A stretch of 63,747 nt of DNA, counting the filler, from Octopus bimaculoides (taxonomy: Eukaryota), in the NCBI RefSeq assembly GCF_001194135.2. It is 5 parts of 4 records of this genome, joined end to end, with 100 filler letters (N's around TTAATTAATTAA, not from the genome) between each part and the next. Parts side by side here need not be neighbours in the genome. Positions count along the whole stretch, not along the records: positions 23,254 to 31,677 come from NC_068986.1; positions 31,778 to 54,348 come from NC_068982.1; 3 more parts are not named here. One strand, 5' to 3'. The translations under genes and the position numbers were made by a program. The notes beneath the pieces were generated by a model. It saw only the letters and a program-made list of their open reading frames with translations, was not told where the DNA came from and made no database searches. Of this stretch, positions 25,680-38,033 are shown piece by piece (position 1 is the first letter of the stretch; each line of letters opens with the position of its first letter).

Positions 25680-26320
25680 GAAGGCAGCGAGCTGACAGAA
25701 ACGTTAGCACACCGGGCGAAATGCTTAGCGGTATTTAGGTTCTGAGATCAAATTCCGCTGAGGTCGACTTTGTCTTTCATCCTTTCGGGGTCGATGAATT
25801 AAGTACCAGTTGCATACGGAGGTCGATCTAATCGACTGGCCCTCTCCCCAAATATTTCGGGCCTTGTACCTAGAGTAGAAAAGAATATATTGTGTCTTGT
25901 AAGGTGGCGAGCTGGCAGAAACGTTAGCACGCCGGGCAAAATGCTCAGCGGTATTTTGTCTGTCTTGACATTCTGAGTTCAAATTCCGCCGAGGTCGACT
26001 TTGTCTTTCATCCTTTCGGGGTCGATTAAATAAGTACCAGTTACGCACTGGGGTCGATCTAATCGACTTAATCCCTTTGTCTGTCCTTGTTTGTCCCCTC
26101 TATGTTTAGCCCCTTGTGGGCAATAAAGAAATAAGAAACGTTAGCACGCCGGGCGAAATACTTAGCGGTATTTCGTCTGCCGTTACGTTCTGAGTTCAAA
26201 TTCCGGCGAGGTCGACTTTACTTTTCATCCTTTCGGGGTCGAAAAATGAAGTACCAGTTGCGTACTGGGGTCGGTCTAATCCCCCAAAATTTCTGGCCTT
26301 GTGCCTAGAGTAGATAAGAA
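25680..26320 (+). mobile_element. Three head-to-tail F2 SINE copies
   Basis: Units start at about 25682, 25903 and 26136. The middle one carries an alternative 3' tail (CCTTGTTTGTCCCCTCTATGTTTAGCCCCTTGTGGGCAATAAAG) also seen reversed at about 45760-45820. Confidence 0.85.
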
Positions 26321-26329
26321 ACCTTAGAC

Positions 26330-26584
26330 TACTGATTCTAAACCAGAGTCCATATGGCCATTAAGGGGTTCGTATAAGGTTTTGTTCTTAAAATTTATAG
26401 GCAATAAACTGGTTATAATTCTACGATGCACAAACTATTTTAACGATTTTTATACAATCCCTAATAATATTTTATTAGGGAAATATAAAAAAAATTTTCA
26501 GACATCAAATGGTTATGAGGGTCTAGTAGAGTAGAATAGGAATGAAAGGGGTCCAAAAATAAAAAAAATGGTTGAAGACCACTG
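26330..26584. mobile_element. hAT (Charlie-like) MITE
   Basis: Right TIR GGTTGAAGACCACTG and degenerate left TIR; flanks CCTTAGAC and GTTTAGAC match at 6/8 as an 8-bp TSD. Related elements at 49745-50006 and a right end at about 48640-48661. Confidence 0.6.
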
Positions 26585-28580
26585 GTTTAGACTCTTTCAC
26601 TCACTACAACAACTAAACTTCCATGTCAACAGGATTTATTGAATATTTTAATTTTACCCATTTGTCCAAAATTTCTCATGAGACTAATGATTGATGATTA
26701 ATGATTCATAACTCTAGGCTCAAATTGTTTCCTTCTTATCAAGAATGCATCGAAATTTGCGACAATGAGTTCCTAAACTAAAAAGGGCCACCGATTGTTA
26801 TATCCCACCACCTGGGACTTATTGGAACCGAGTTTATAATTACATTCAATGTGATCTTTGGACAATCGAAATATGAAAACGAAATCAATCACACTATAGA
26901 AACAAAAAATATTAACCTGACCCGTAAAGATCAATAGCTTATTAACTGGTTCTACTTTTAAGGGTGATTCTGAGAGATTAAGATCTAACTAAGCTGGAGA
27001 AACACTGAATTAGTGATGGACAACGGAAGAAGACACACAAAGAGACAAAGAGAAGAAGTGGGGGATCATATGGAAAGGAAAGTGAAGTAGCTGAAAAGGG
27101 CGTGAATGATAATAAAAAGGGAGAAATAATAGCAGATGGGAAGGGGGGGAATGAAAGACGGGGGTGAGAAGAGGAATTGAGTAAAAGCATTGTAGGATCT
27201 TCGTTGTTTTGGAAACGGTTTTATCTCCCACTCAACATTCTTCCTGGCTCTCTGGTTTTCAAGAGCAAACAGCCCCCCCCCCTACACACACACACACACA
27301 TGCGCGCTGAGGCAAGTACGCACCCATTCTTTATTGTATTGTTCGCTGGTTTCATTCATGAATCGTATGGTCAAACAGAAGAACCACTTTGAAGGGGTTT
27401 CACGTTTCTATCGACCACCGTCCTTCGTCTGGCGTTTATNNNNNNNNNNNNNNNNNNNNNNNNNNNNNNNNNNNNNNNNNNNNNNNNNNNNNNNNNNNNN
27501 NNNNNNNNNNNNNNNNNNNNNNNNNNNNNNNNNNNNNNNNNNNNNNNNNNNNNNNNNNNNNNNNNNNNNNNNNNNNNNNNNNNNNNNNNNNNNNNNNNNN
27601 NNNNNNNNNNNNNNNNNNNNNNNNNNNNNNNNNNNNNNNNNNNNNNNNNNNNNNNNNNNNNNNNNNNNNNNNNNNNNNNNNNNNNNNNNNNNNNNNNNNN
27701 NNNNNNNNNNNNNNNNNNNNNNNNNNNNNNNNNNNNNNNNNNNNNNNNNNNNNNNNNNNNNNNNNNNNNNNNNNNNNNNNNNNNNNNNNNNNNNNNNNNN
27801 NNNNNNNNNNNNNNNNNNNNNNNNNNNNNNNNNNNNNNNNNNNNNNNNNNNNNNNNNNNNNNNNNNNNNNNNNNNNNNNNNNNNNNNNNNNNNNNNNNNN
27901 NNNNNNNNNNNNNNNNNNNNNNNNNNNNNNNNNNNNNNNNNNNNNNNNNNNNNNNNNNNNNNNNNNNNNNNNNNNNNNNNNNNNNNNNNNNNNNNNNNNN
28001 NNNNNNNNNNNNNNNNNNNNNNNNNNNNNNNNNNNNNNNNNNNNNNNNNNNNNNNNNNNNNNNNNNNNNNNNNNNNNNNNNNNNNNNNNNNNNNNNNNNN
28101 NNCATCTCTTAAATATAGAAATATATATATATATATATATATAAAAATATAAAAATATAAAAGGATAAAAAATACTGGAGATTCAGTATACACCGTGTGG
28201 CAAAATTATGAGCTGAGAATATGTGGAAAAACATATATAAAAAGTGGAAGAGAAATGCCTTCGTTTCACATAGTTTAATATCTTTTTATAAAGAATTTTT
28301 TTAAATATATCTATATTTTATGGATGTCAGGATATCCAACCGGCTTTCGCTATTTAAATTAGCTTTTCAAGGGACATCGTGAAGTAATCACTTCTTGTGA
28401 CAAAGGGGTCTCGCCATTTTGGATGCTTGAAAGATATAACAAGCAAAAATGCTAGTTCTAAAATCTCTCTAAGGGATCAACGCAGTAGTTTTACTGATAA
28501 ATAATATTCGTAGCCACTTCAACATGGCTGTCCGTTCGAACGGACTCTACTGCAATTTTTTAATCCCAAGAGGACATCTC

Positions 28581-28660
28581 CAGCTGGATAACGATGCACA
28601 GCTGGATAACGATGCACAGCTGGATAACGATGCACAGCTGGATAACGATGCACAGCTGCA
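28581..28660 (+). repeat. 18-bp tandem repeat (CAGCTGGATAACGATGCA) x4 plus a partial copy
   Basis: Exact units at 28581, 28599, 28617 and 28635. Confidence 0.95.
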
Positions 28661-28799
28661 TCCGATAAGTTGCGCTCACGGCCATCTCTAGCGGACGAGG
28701 TGTCCAGTACGAAAGAGTGGTTGAACAGCCCGAAACCAGGACTGGTCTACTGGTCCCGTCGATGGAAGGTGGTAGGGGTTCGCTCTTCTGCTCGCAATT

Positions 28800-29532
28800 T
28801 ATCGGATGCAGCTCTGCATATGGTTCAAGAAAGTTGATTAGAATTGACGTTAACTTGAATAATGCCAAATGCATCCAATTGCTGAAGGACAATTTGATAT
28901 CAGACTTGGATGAAGGTGAGATTTTTCAGCATGACAGAGCTCCATGTTACTGTTCACGTGCAGCACATCAAAGTCTGGCTGATGAAGGTGTTACCGTATT
29001 GAAAGATTGGCCAGCTCAGAGCCTTGGCTTAAATATCATCGAGCAAATGTGGACAGAACTAAAGAGGAGAGCTCTTCAGGAGAATCCACGCTATCTTGAA
29101 GACTGGGAGATCAGCCACAGAGAATGGCATCTCATACCTGTGAAGATGGTGAAAGATTTGTACGCATCTCTTCCCAGGCGCATTGAAGCAATTATTCAAG
29201 CTAAGGGAAGCCACACGAAATATTAACATTGTACAGTAACTTCATGTAATAAATTTTCACTACAGACATTTTTCTGTTTTAAAACACTGTATCTTGAATA
29301 GTTTATGTGAGGTGGCCGAAACCTTTTGCACTGCCATTTTTGGTTGTCATCTCGCATCTTTCCCTCTCATTCAGAACCCCTACTACAAAATATAATGGTC
29401 AGGTATGAAATGACTCCAACAGGACCAATGTTTCACCTGTAAAAAATGCAATGCGAAACATCCACTTATAAGTTGGCAATTAGAAGAAATTTATAATAGT
29501 TTAAAGTGGCCGAAGACTTTTGCACGGTACTC
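28800..29532 (+). mobile_element. Tc1-like transposon, 5'-truncated: transposase C-terminal half plus right IR/DR terminal repeat
   Basis: FQHDRAP...WPAQSLGLNIIEQMW..LKR...LPRRIEAIIQAKGSHTKY* ends at 29226. Direct repeats GTGGCCGAA.CTTTTGCAC lie at 29312-29333 and 29506-29532, followed by TA. Confidence 0.9.
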
Positions 29533-29612
29533 TATATACACATATATATATACATACATACATACGTACATACATGCATACATACATAAATAAATACATA
29601 CATACATAAGTG

Positions 29613-29643
<31 letters not shown>

Positions 29644-30605
29644 TTACGCGCACATGATATGTATATACATGCATACAGTCATGTATGCGTGAGTGTGTGT
29701 GTACACGGATGTATATGTATGTATGTATGTATGTATGTAGATATGTATGTATATATGTATGAATGTATGTATGTATGTATGTACATATACACTAACAACG
29801 CTAGTGAAATGTTAGACATAGTTTAGAATAAACATACAATTTTAATCCGCCAGTGAAAAGTAAACAAACTAGTTCAACCACAAGTTTATCTCAATCTAAA
29901 ATTGTTGTTTGTTTTCAAGAAGCATATATCTTACGTAGTTTTCTGTCTTTCAATCAAACTCGAACCGAATTTTGGCTATTTGTTAAGGGCACTCCGCTTT
30001 CACTTCTAAATTTTTAATTCTTGTAATTCCGAGAATTTCGTAAATTTGCAGAATTTTTGAAATGAACATCTGAGGAATTCGAGAAAAAATACAGACTTAG
30101 GGTTTTCTGTTTATTGATTTTGGTGTGCTTATTCTATCATTTTGAAGTGAATTGTGACAAATAAATAGCATTTTCTTTATTCATCAGAATTAGTGTAACT
30201 GTTGGTTGTATTCTTTCTTAAACGTATTCGCACTTCAACCAGTATAATTTCTCTTAGTATAACTCTCTAAAAATACATATTTCTAATGAAAATTTGCGGC
30301 AATAGGTTTTCAGTGGAAAAGACTGAAATTGAGTTGATCAAATTTACAAAAATAATGAGATTTATTTATCTGAAGCAACAGAGTGACTCAAGGTCCGAAA
30401 GTTTCGTACGTTGGAGGCACGAGATCGTCGTACGATAAGTCACTCTGTTGCTTCTGCTAAATGCTAATAAATATTCACATACTAAAAATAATGACATATA
30501 TTTACAGCAAATATACAAATGAGACAATCATGGCGTGCATATTTCCAATGGCTGCAGTATAATAACTGAAGCAAGTCAATGATAAAATAATAATTACAAC
30601 TTAAA

Positions 30606-30886
30606 TTATATTATTTACATTATTTACATTATTTACATCTGGCGGATATTTGTCCTCATCTTGTTTGTTGTTAACACAACGTTTCGGCTGATACACCCTC
30701 CAGCTTTCATCAGGTGGCTTAGGGAAATTTCGAACCTGGGTTCTCATTCCTAAGGTATTTTTTGACGTTGTTGTTGTTGTTATTATTATCATTATCATTA
30801 TTATTCAGGTCACTGCTTGGAATCGAACTCGAAATCTTGAGGTCAGTAGCTCGCGCTCTTAACCATTACGCCATATGCCCGTTGGC

Positions 30887-30952
<66 letters not shown>

Positions 30953-31130
30953 TTGAAAATACCTTAGGAATGAGAAACCAGGTTCGAAATTTCCCCAAGA
31001 CACCTGATGAAGGCTGGAGGGTATATCAGCCAAAACGTTGTGTCAACAACAAACAAGATGAGGACAAATATCCGTCAAATGTAAATAATGTAATCGTTAA
31101 ATCCTAATGTCTTAAATATAGAACTGTATA
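30606..31130. mobile_element. HHR family 1, locus A: tRNA head plus HHR tail on the minus strand, with an inverted HHR tail on the plus strand
   Basis: Head 30880-30806 (A box TGGCGTAATGG, B box GAGTTCGATTCC). Minus tail about 30772-30606, ending in (GTAAATAAT)3; plus tail 30951-31128. HHR cores at 30673-30718 (-, stem II mismatch) and 30999-31044 (+, GAAA changed to AAAA). Confidence 0.8.
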
Positions 31131-31337
31131 ACTTAAATTGGTGCTTACGTAAAATAAGGCAATGAATAATAAATTTCAAAAGAAAATTATTTATTACTTT
31201 AAAATATAATTTTAAAAAACCAAATTTCACATTTGTATGCTTCCTCACATGGCTACTCTGTCGTTTATTTCCTCTCCTCGATTTCTACGATCCTTTGTCT
31301 TGCGCGCGCATGTGTGGGTGTGCCGCCAAGCTTAGTA

Positions 31338-31556
31338 TACAAAGGGGGTTGAAAAGTTCCTGGCCTTTGGGCAAAAGAAATTACAGGAGGATCAGTTTAT
31401 TATGATTTTACTCAACATAATCCCTTCTCAGATTCACTTACATATTGCAGCAGTCGTTCAGTTTTTCTAAGCCCTGTAAAAAAAATCGGAAGGTTGGGCC
31501 TTCATCCTGGCCCTTCGCGACACCTTTAAAGTCAGGAACTTTTCTGCACACCGTCA
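31338..31556. mobile_element. Mariner-derived MITE retaining the transposase 3' end
   Basis: Imperfect TIRs around GAAAAGTTCCTG with TA flanks; the minus strand has LQGLEKL...NLRRDYVE*-like sequence. Confidence 0.7.
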
Positions 31557-31942
31557 TATGTGCACTCTTCCTGCACCTCTAATGCTAACTCTCTTTATTT
31601 CTCTCTTACTCTCTCTCCCCCTCTCTATATGATGTAAAGCGTGACTGGAGAAACCAACGAAAGAACGAACCAACCAANNNNNNNNNNNNNNNNNNNNNNN
31701 NNNNNNNNNNNNNNNNNNNNNTTAATTAATTAANNNNNNNNNNNNNNNNNNNNNNNNNNNNNNNNNNNNNNNNNNNNAGGTCTGAGATTCTCTGCGACTG
31801 TCGCAGGCACCACCAATGTTGGAAGTTCTCAGCCTTATCATTAATGGTGCCAAACAGAGTATTACTGTTTTGATTGATGACTGATGAAGAATTAGGGACC
31901 CTCTCTATCTGTCGCCTGTTTGGTCTTACTCTCAATACACTT

Positions 31943-32335
31943 TTCTTTTATTCGTTTCAGTCATTTGACTGTGGCCATGCTGGAGCACCACCTTTAGTCG
32001 AGAAAATCGACCCCAGGCCTTATTCTTTGTAAGCCTAGTACTTATTCTATCGGTTTCTCTTGCCGAGCCACTAAGTTATGGGAACGTTAACAAACTAACA
32101 TCAGTTGTCAAGTGATGGTGGTGGTGGGAGATAAACACACACAGAAACACACACACACAAACACATATATACATGATGGGCTTCTTTCAGTTTCCGTCTA
32201 CTAAATCCACTCCCAAGGCTTTGGTTGGCCCGAGGCTATAGTAGAAGACACTTGCCCAAGGTGCCACACAGTGGGACTGAACCCAGAACCATGTGGTTGG
32301 TAAGCAAGTCACTTACCGCACAGCCACTCCTGTGC
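31943..32335 (-). mobile_element. SINE F1, full length
   Basis: Reverse complement of the F1 consensus, from GGCACAGGAGTGGCTGTG to ...AAATGACTGAAACGAATAAAAGA. Confidence 0.9.
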
Positions 32336-33096
32336 CTGTAAATACACATCCGTATTTATCTGTTGTTGTTTATTTACAATGTATTTTTTTGTTGATTAAG
32401 TTATGGTACACATGCACACCTGACTTTTCTAACAGTAAGTAAACCCCACTCTGTCCCCTTCTGTCCCGTTCTAAAGACTTTATTTTCCTGAGATTTCGAT
32501 TTTTCAAAATATGCAGAATTTCCAAAACATGAAAAAAAAAATGTGGAAAAATAGTGGAAACTGTAAAATTGTGAAACTGGGGGTAAATAGATTTTATGTT
32601 CTCTTATGCTACAATGTAGTGGAGTAGAATACATTGAAATCACAGGTTATATTGCTATTCTTTAAATAATTCTTCATCTTTCTATTTCAAATCTTGCATC
32701 AGTGAATAGAAAGAAAGAAAAAAAAGGATGTGATTTGGTTCTTTATAATGTTGATGATGTTTATTTTGTTTTCTTAAGGAATGTCGTTAGAGTCTTAATT
32801 GCTAATCTTTAATAAAGTTATCCTCAGGTTTTGCCCATTAGCAAAAAAAAAAACTTGTTTAAATTAATTTTGTTAGTTGGACCATTTTAATATTTACTGA
32901 TAAAATATTTGGTGCTACTTCAGTGTGCAGTCTACTGCAGCATCTGTAGTCTAAATTGTGAAATGACCTGATCTGGATTAGGGTTTAGAATTAGGGTTAG
33001 GGTTAGACTGCATGCTAAAGTAGCACTGATTATTTTTTCCTTTTGATTAATTAATTGCAAAAATATATAATTTCTAAACTAATTTGTGTGAGGCAC

Positions 33097-33480
33097 AGAT
33101 GTGGCTGTGTGGTAAGTAGCTTGTTTACCAACCACATGGTTCCAGGTTCAGTCCCACTGCATGGCACCTTGGGCAAGTGTCTTCTGCTATAGCCTTGGGC
33201 TGACCAAAGCCTTGTGAGTGGATTTGGCAGATGGAAACTGAAAGAAGCCCATCGTATATATATATATATATGTATGTATATGTTTGTGTGTCTGTGTTTG
33301 CCCCCCCCCCATTGCTTGATAACTGATGTTGGTTTGTTGATGTCCCCGTAAATTAGCGGTTTGGCAAAAGAGACCAATAGACTAAGTAGTAGGCTTCACA
33401 AAGAATAAGTCTCGGGGTCGATTTGTTTGACTAAAGGTGGTGCTCCAGCATGGCCGCAGTCAAGTGACTGAAACCAAGCA
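33097..33480 (+). mobile_element. SINE F1, full length (tRNA head, CORE-like CACCTTGGGCAAGTG, internal microsatellite, ~190-bp tail)
   Basis: Reference copy. Further copies or pieces at about 8535-8716, 20065-20682, 33620-33915, 34160-34272, 35103-35410, 39222-39310, 39870-40020, 41060-41450, 42327-42775, 44575-44781, 47210-47600, 47925-48200, 50035-50160, 52260-52420 and 53215-53365. ACCTTGGGCAAGT matches the MIR/CORE motif (from recall). Confidence 0.9.
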
Positions 33481-33765
33481 AATAAAAGACCATATTGAAA
33501 GTGGAACATGACTAAGCAAAACCTGGTAGAATTCCAAGTCTTGCGCNNNNNNNNNNNNNNNNNNNNNNNNNNNNNNNNNNNNNNNNNNNNNNNNNNNNNN
33601 NNNNNNNNNNNNNNNNNNNNAATGAATCGACCCCAGGGCGTTCTCTTTTTAAAGCCTGGTATTTATTCTGTTATTCTCTTTTGCCAAACTAGTAAGTTAC
33701 AAGGATGTAAACAAACCAACAATGGTTGTCCAGTGGTGATGGAAGACAAACATAGATGTAAAGAT

Positions 33766-33796
<31 letters not shown>

Positions 33797-36700
33797 ACGG
33801 GCTTCTTTCAGTTTCTCTCCACCATATCCACTGACAAGGCTTTGGTTGGTCCAAGGTTATAGCAGAAGACACTTGCCCAAGGTGCCACATAGCGGGGCTG
33901 TACCAGGAACCATGTGATTAGGAAAAAATGTTTTTAATTTAAAAAAAAAAGTTTTTAATTTTTTTATTAAGTAAAAGAAATGATAGAAAAACATCAAAAA
34001 CATCTGACAATTATTTACCTCAATTTTTTTTTCAAGAATTTTACACACCTGTAGAGGTGTGATGGAAGTTCTTCAATTTACTGTATTACATATGTTAGAC
34101 CTGACCATATTTGTATTCAGTTTGCAGAATATTCCTCTAAGATATTTTAATTCATTCATAGGCACAGGAGTGGCTCTGTGGTACCTTGCTTACCAACCAC
34201 ATAGTTCCAGGTTCAGTCCCACTGTGTGGCACCTTGGGAATGGATTTGGTAGGTGGAAACTGATAGAAGCCCATAATCATCATTGTTGTTGTTTAACGTC
34301 TGCTTTCCATGCTGGTATGGGTTGGAAGGTTTGACTGAGGACTGGCAAGCCAGAGGGCTGCACCAGGCTCCAATCTGATCTGGCAATGTTTCTACAGCTG
34401 GATGCCCTTCCTAAAGCCAACCACTCTGAGTGTAGTGGGTGCTTTTTTTATGTGTCACTGGCACAGGGGACAGAGGGGGCTGGCATTGACCACGTTTGGA
34501 TGGTACTTTTTACGTGCCACCGGCAGGGGGACCACATCTACAATTTCCATTTGATTGTGATTTGATTTCATTTGATGTTGTTGTACTTGATTCAGTAGGC
34601 CTCCTCAAGCATGGCATGTTGCCCTACGATCCAAGGTGCTTTTTGAGTTGGCTGCTTATTCACGTTTCATGAATTTAAAATCAAGGGTGGGAAGAACCCT
34701 GCCCATGGGCACAATTGTACCTGTGAGCCCATTTTAATGCACCCGTAAGCTGATGTACTCCTAGGTACAAAATATAGTAAGTTTTTCAGTTATGAAATTT
34801 ACACAATACTCATATTCCTATTTGCGACATCGGTCACATTTCCACAATGACTTAAAACAGTCAGACTCAAACAGAAAATTATCCGCTAACTGTCATTTGA
34901 ATAGAAATTTTGTTTTCATTATAAAACACATATTGCTATGTCTGTACCACCCCCTCGAGACCCAACTACACTCTAGCTGTAAAATATAGAAACCCCATAA
35001 GTAATATAAACGTCCTCAATTCAGTGGCAGCGTTAATGAAGATGTTACACATTAATTTAATGTGCTAAACTTCTCTTTATTAATGTATATCAAATTATAC
35101 ATAGGCGCAGGAGTGGCTGTGTGGTAAGTAGCTTGCTTACCAACCACATGGTTCTGGGTTCAGTCAAACTGCATGGCACCTTGGGCAAGTGTCTTCTACT
35201 ATAGCCTCGGGCCGACCAAAGCCTTGAGAGTGGATTTGGTAGACNNNNNNNNNNGCACCTTGGGCAAGTGTCTTCTACTATAGCCTCGGGCCGACCAAAG
35301 CCTTGAGAGTGGATTTGGTAGACGGAAACTGAAAGAAGCCCGTCGTATATATGTATATATATATATATATGTGTGTGTGTTTGTATGTTTGTGTTTGTCC
35401 CCCCACCAAGATTTACACAGATATGAGTTAGAACTTGTGATCCGCCCACGGCCCTTTTGCTTTGGAAATATTTGCCTGCCACACCAAATAGTTTCTCCAC
35501 CCCTGATTTAAACGAATAAAGGCTAAATCTTCTGGATAGGATCCAAATTTTTTGCAGCTAAAACTCCCAGGTAATCTAATATTTCTTCCCAACAATTAGT
35601 TAAATTGCTGCACATAAAAGACTAACTCTAGTTATCAAATCGACAACATGTGTGCATCATGAACCAAGGGAATGACTAACTGGCAACCTGTTGTTGTTTT
35701 ACTCCAAGTCCATACTGATTGGGCAAAAGACATATAAGCCATAATCATCCTATTTTTGGAATGGGTTACCACACAGTATTATAATGAGTGTCTATATTTT
35801 TTAAAGGGCGTAGAGAGTGATTTGAGCCAGATTTAGCTGTTGTTTCTAGCAGCTTTAACAACCACATAAAGGCTATGTTGTTAGCTGAATAGAAAGGCAG
35901 GCCACTTTATATCTATCCACTTGGCCTTTCTATATGGCAATACACCCTGATACTTTATGACACATTGTGACTCATGGTTGACAGCATTAAAAGCAACATT
36001 CTTAAAACATTTGTCAGTTTATTCTGAACTTGAAAAATCCATTGAAATTATGTACTTTTTACAAACTGATATTTGTTAAGGTGTATCTGGCTACAAGTAT
36101 CCACCCGTCCATCCATCCAACCACCCAAACCCACCCACCAACCCATCCATCCATCCATCCAGCCAGCCAGCCAGCCAGCCATTATATATAATTTAATAAC
36201 AGTTTGATAGAGTTCCTTAGGCTTGTTGAATGAACCGTTTCCATTGAGATGTTGGTGCCATGTAAAAGTGTTGGTGCCAGTGCCACCTAAAAGCACCCAT
36301 GCTGGTGCCACCTAAAAGCACCCATGCTGGTGCCACATAAAAGTGCCATGTAAAAGTGCCCTTGTTAGTGTCACGTAAAACCTGCCATGCTGGTGCCATG
36401 TAAAAAAACACCCAGCTCACTCTGTAGAGTGGTTGGCTCTAGGAAGAGCATCCAGCCACAGAAACCATGCCAAAACAGAGTATGGAACCCAGGCAGTTCT
36501 CCAGCTCTTGCCAGCTCCTGTCAAACCGTCCAACCCATGCCAGCATGGAAAACAGATGTTAAAGGATGATGATGACCATGATGATACTTGATGAGGTACA
36601 TTTACTCTCCAAGCCTCTGATACGCTTAGTCACATAGAACTGAGTCAAACTGTTATTAAATGATGTTGATAATGATGATGATCGTTTAAGATCCGCTTTC

Positions 36701-37044
36701 CATGCTGGCATGGGTTGGATGGTTTGACTGAGGGCTGGCGAGCCAGGAGGCTGCACCAGGCTCCAATCTGATCTGGCAAGGTTTCTACATCTGGATGCCC
36801 TTCCTAACGCCAACCACTCTGAGAGTGTAGTGATTGATTTTTACGTGCCACCAGCATGGGAGCCAGTCAGGTGCCACTGGCATCAACCATGCTTGAATGG
36901 TGCTTTTTATGTGCCACCGACATGGGCATCGACCACGCTTGAATGGTGCTTTTTGCATGCCACCGGCACGAGGGCCAGTCAGGCGGCACTGGCAACATAC
37001 GTACAAATTGTGTTGGGTGCCATTTCCTTTCATTTGTCCACTCA

Positions 37045-37077
<33 letters not shown>

Positions 37078-37485
37078 ATTGCCTGGGAAGATCCTTAGCG
37101 TTGTAGGTAGTTTCTGTTATCTGTGTGATGTAATTAGCAGTGGAAGACAATGTTCTGCAAATATACTTATTTGAATAAGAACTTGAATAGGATGGAGAAA
37201 GTTCAAGAAATTATTAGCTCTGTTAGTAACAAAAGATTTCTTCTTGAGAGTGTGCGTACGCTCACATTTTTGCGGATGCTTGTATGAGTGAGTGTACTCG
37301 CGCCATGCAGCTTGCTCGAGGGCGTTTATGCATCCATATTTGTTAACGGTTATTTTTAATACTTTTCTCGCAGGATTGCATGTTCGTTTCTCTTTTTGCC
37401 ATCTGGGATTTTATTTTTGATCTTCTATATAAATGAAGATATTTCCTCCGTTTGGTTGCTTTTCTCTCTACAAAACATATATATA

Positions 37486-38033
37486 CGAGGGTGAGTCAAA
37501 AAGTAATGCCATTTTGTTTAGGACAGGTATAATTACCAACACAGGAACATGTATCATACATCAAAATGAAGGTGGTCCTCTGTGGATCACATCCCTACTT
37601 CTCAACATAGTCACCGTTTCTCTCAATAGCAATGTTCCACCTTCGAATGAGAGCATGTATCCCTGCCCCGTAAAATTCTGTTGACTGTTCTTTGAGACAC
37701 CTCTTCACTACAGTCTTCACTTTCTCATCACTGGAATAATGTTTACCTCTCAAATGCTCTTTTATGGGGCCAAAGAGATGATAGTCCATGACGATGAAGT
37801 GAAAACTGTAGTGAAGAAGTGTCTCAAAGAACAGTCAACAGAATTTTACGGGGCAGAGATACATGCTCTCATTCGAAAGTGGAACATTGCTACGGAGAGA
37901 AACGGTGACTATGTTGAGAAGTAGGGATGTGATCCACAGAGGACCACCTTCATTTTGATGTATGATACATGTTCCTGTGTTGGTAATTATACCTGTCCTA
38001 AACAAAATGGCATTACTTTTTGACTCAACCTCA
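37486..38033. mobile_element. Fold-back mariner derivative: two transposase 3' ends as ~245-bp inverted arms, TA TSD
   Basis: TA|CGAGGGTGAGTCAAA...TTTGACTCAACCTCA|TA. Both arms encode ...EQSTEFYGA.IHALIR.WNIA.ERNGDYVEK*; the spacer carries DYHLFGPIKEHLRG. Confidence 0.92.

Noticed and set aside
27385-27439. Minus-strand CAGACGAAGG...GAAACGT resembling a hammerhead or PLE tail
   Set aside because: The core has A instead of U4, stems do not close, and the sequence is cut by a gap.
32975-33006. Short TTAGGG-like run
   Set aside because: Only 2-4 imperfect units; too short to call interstitial telomere.
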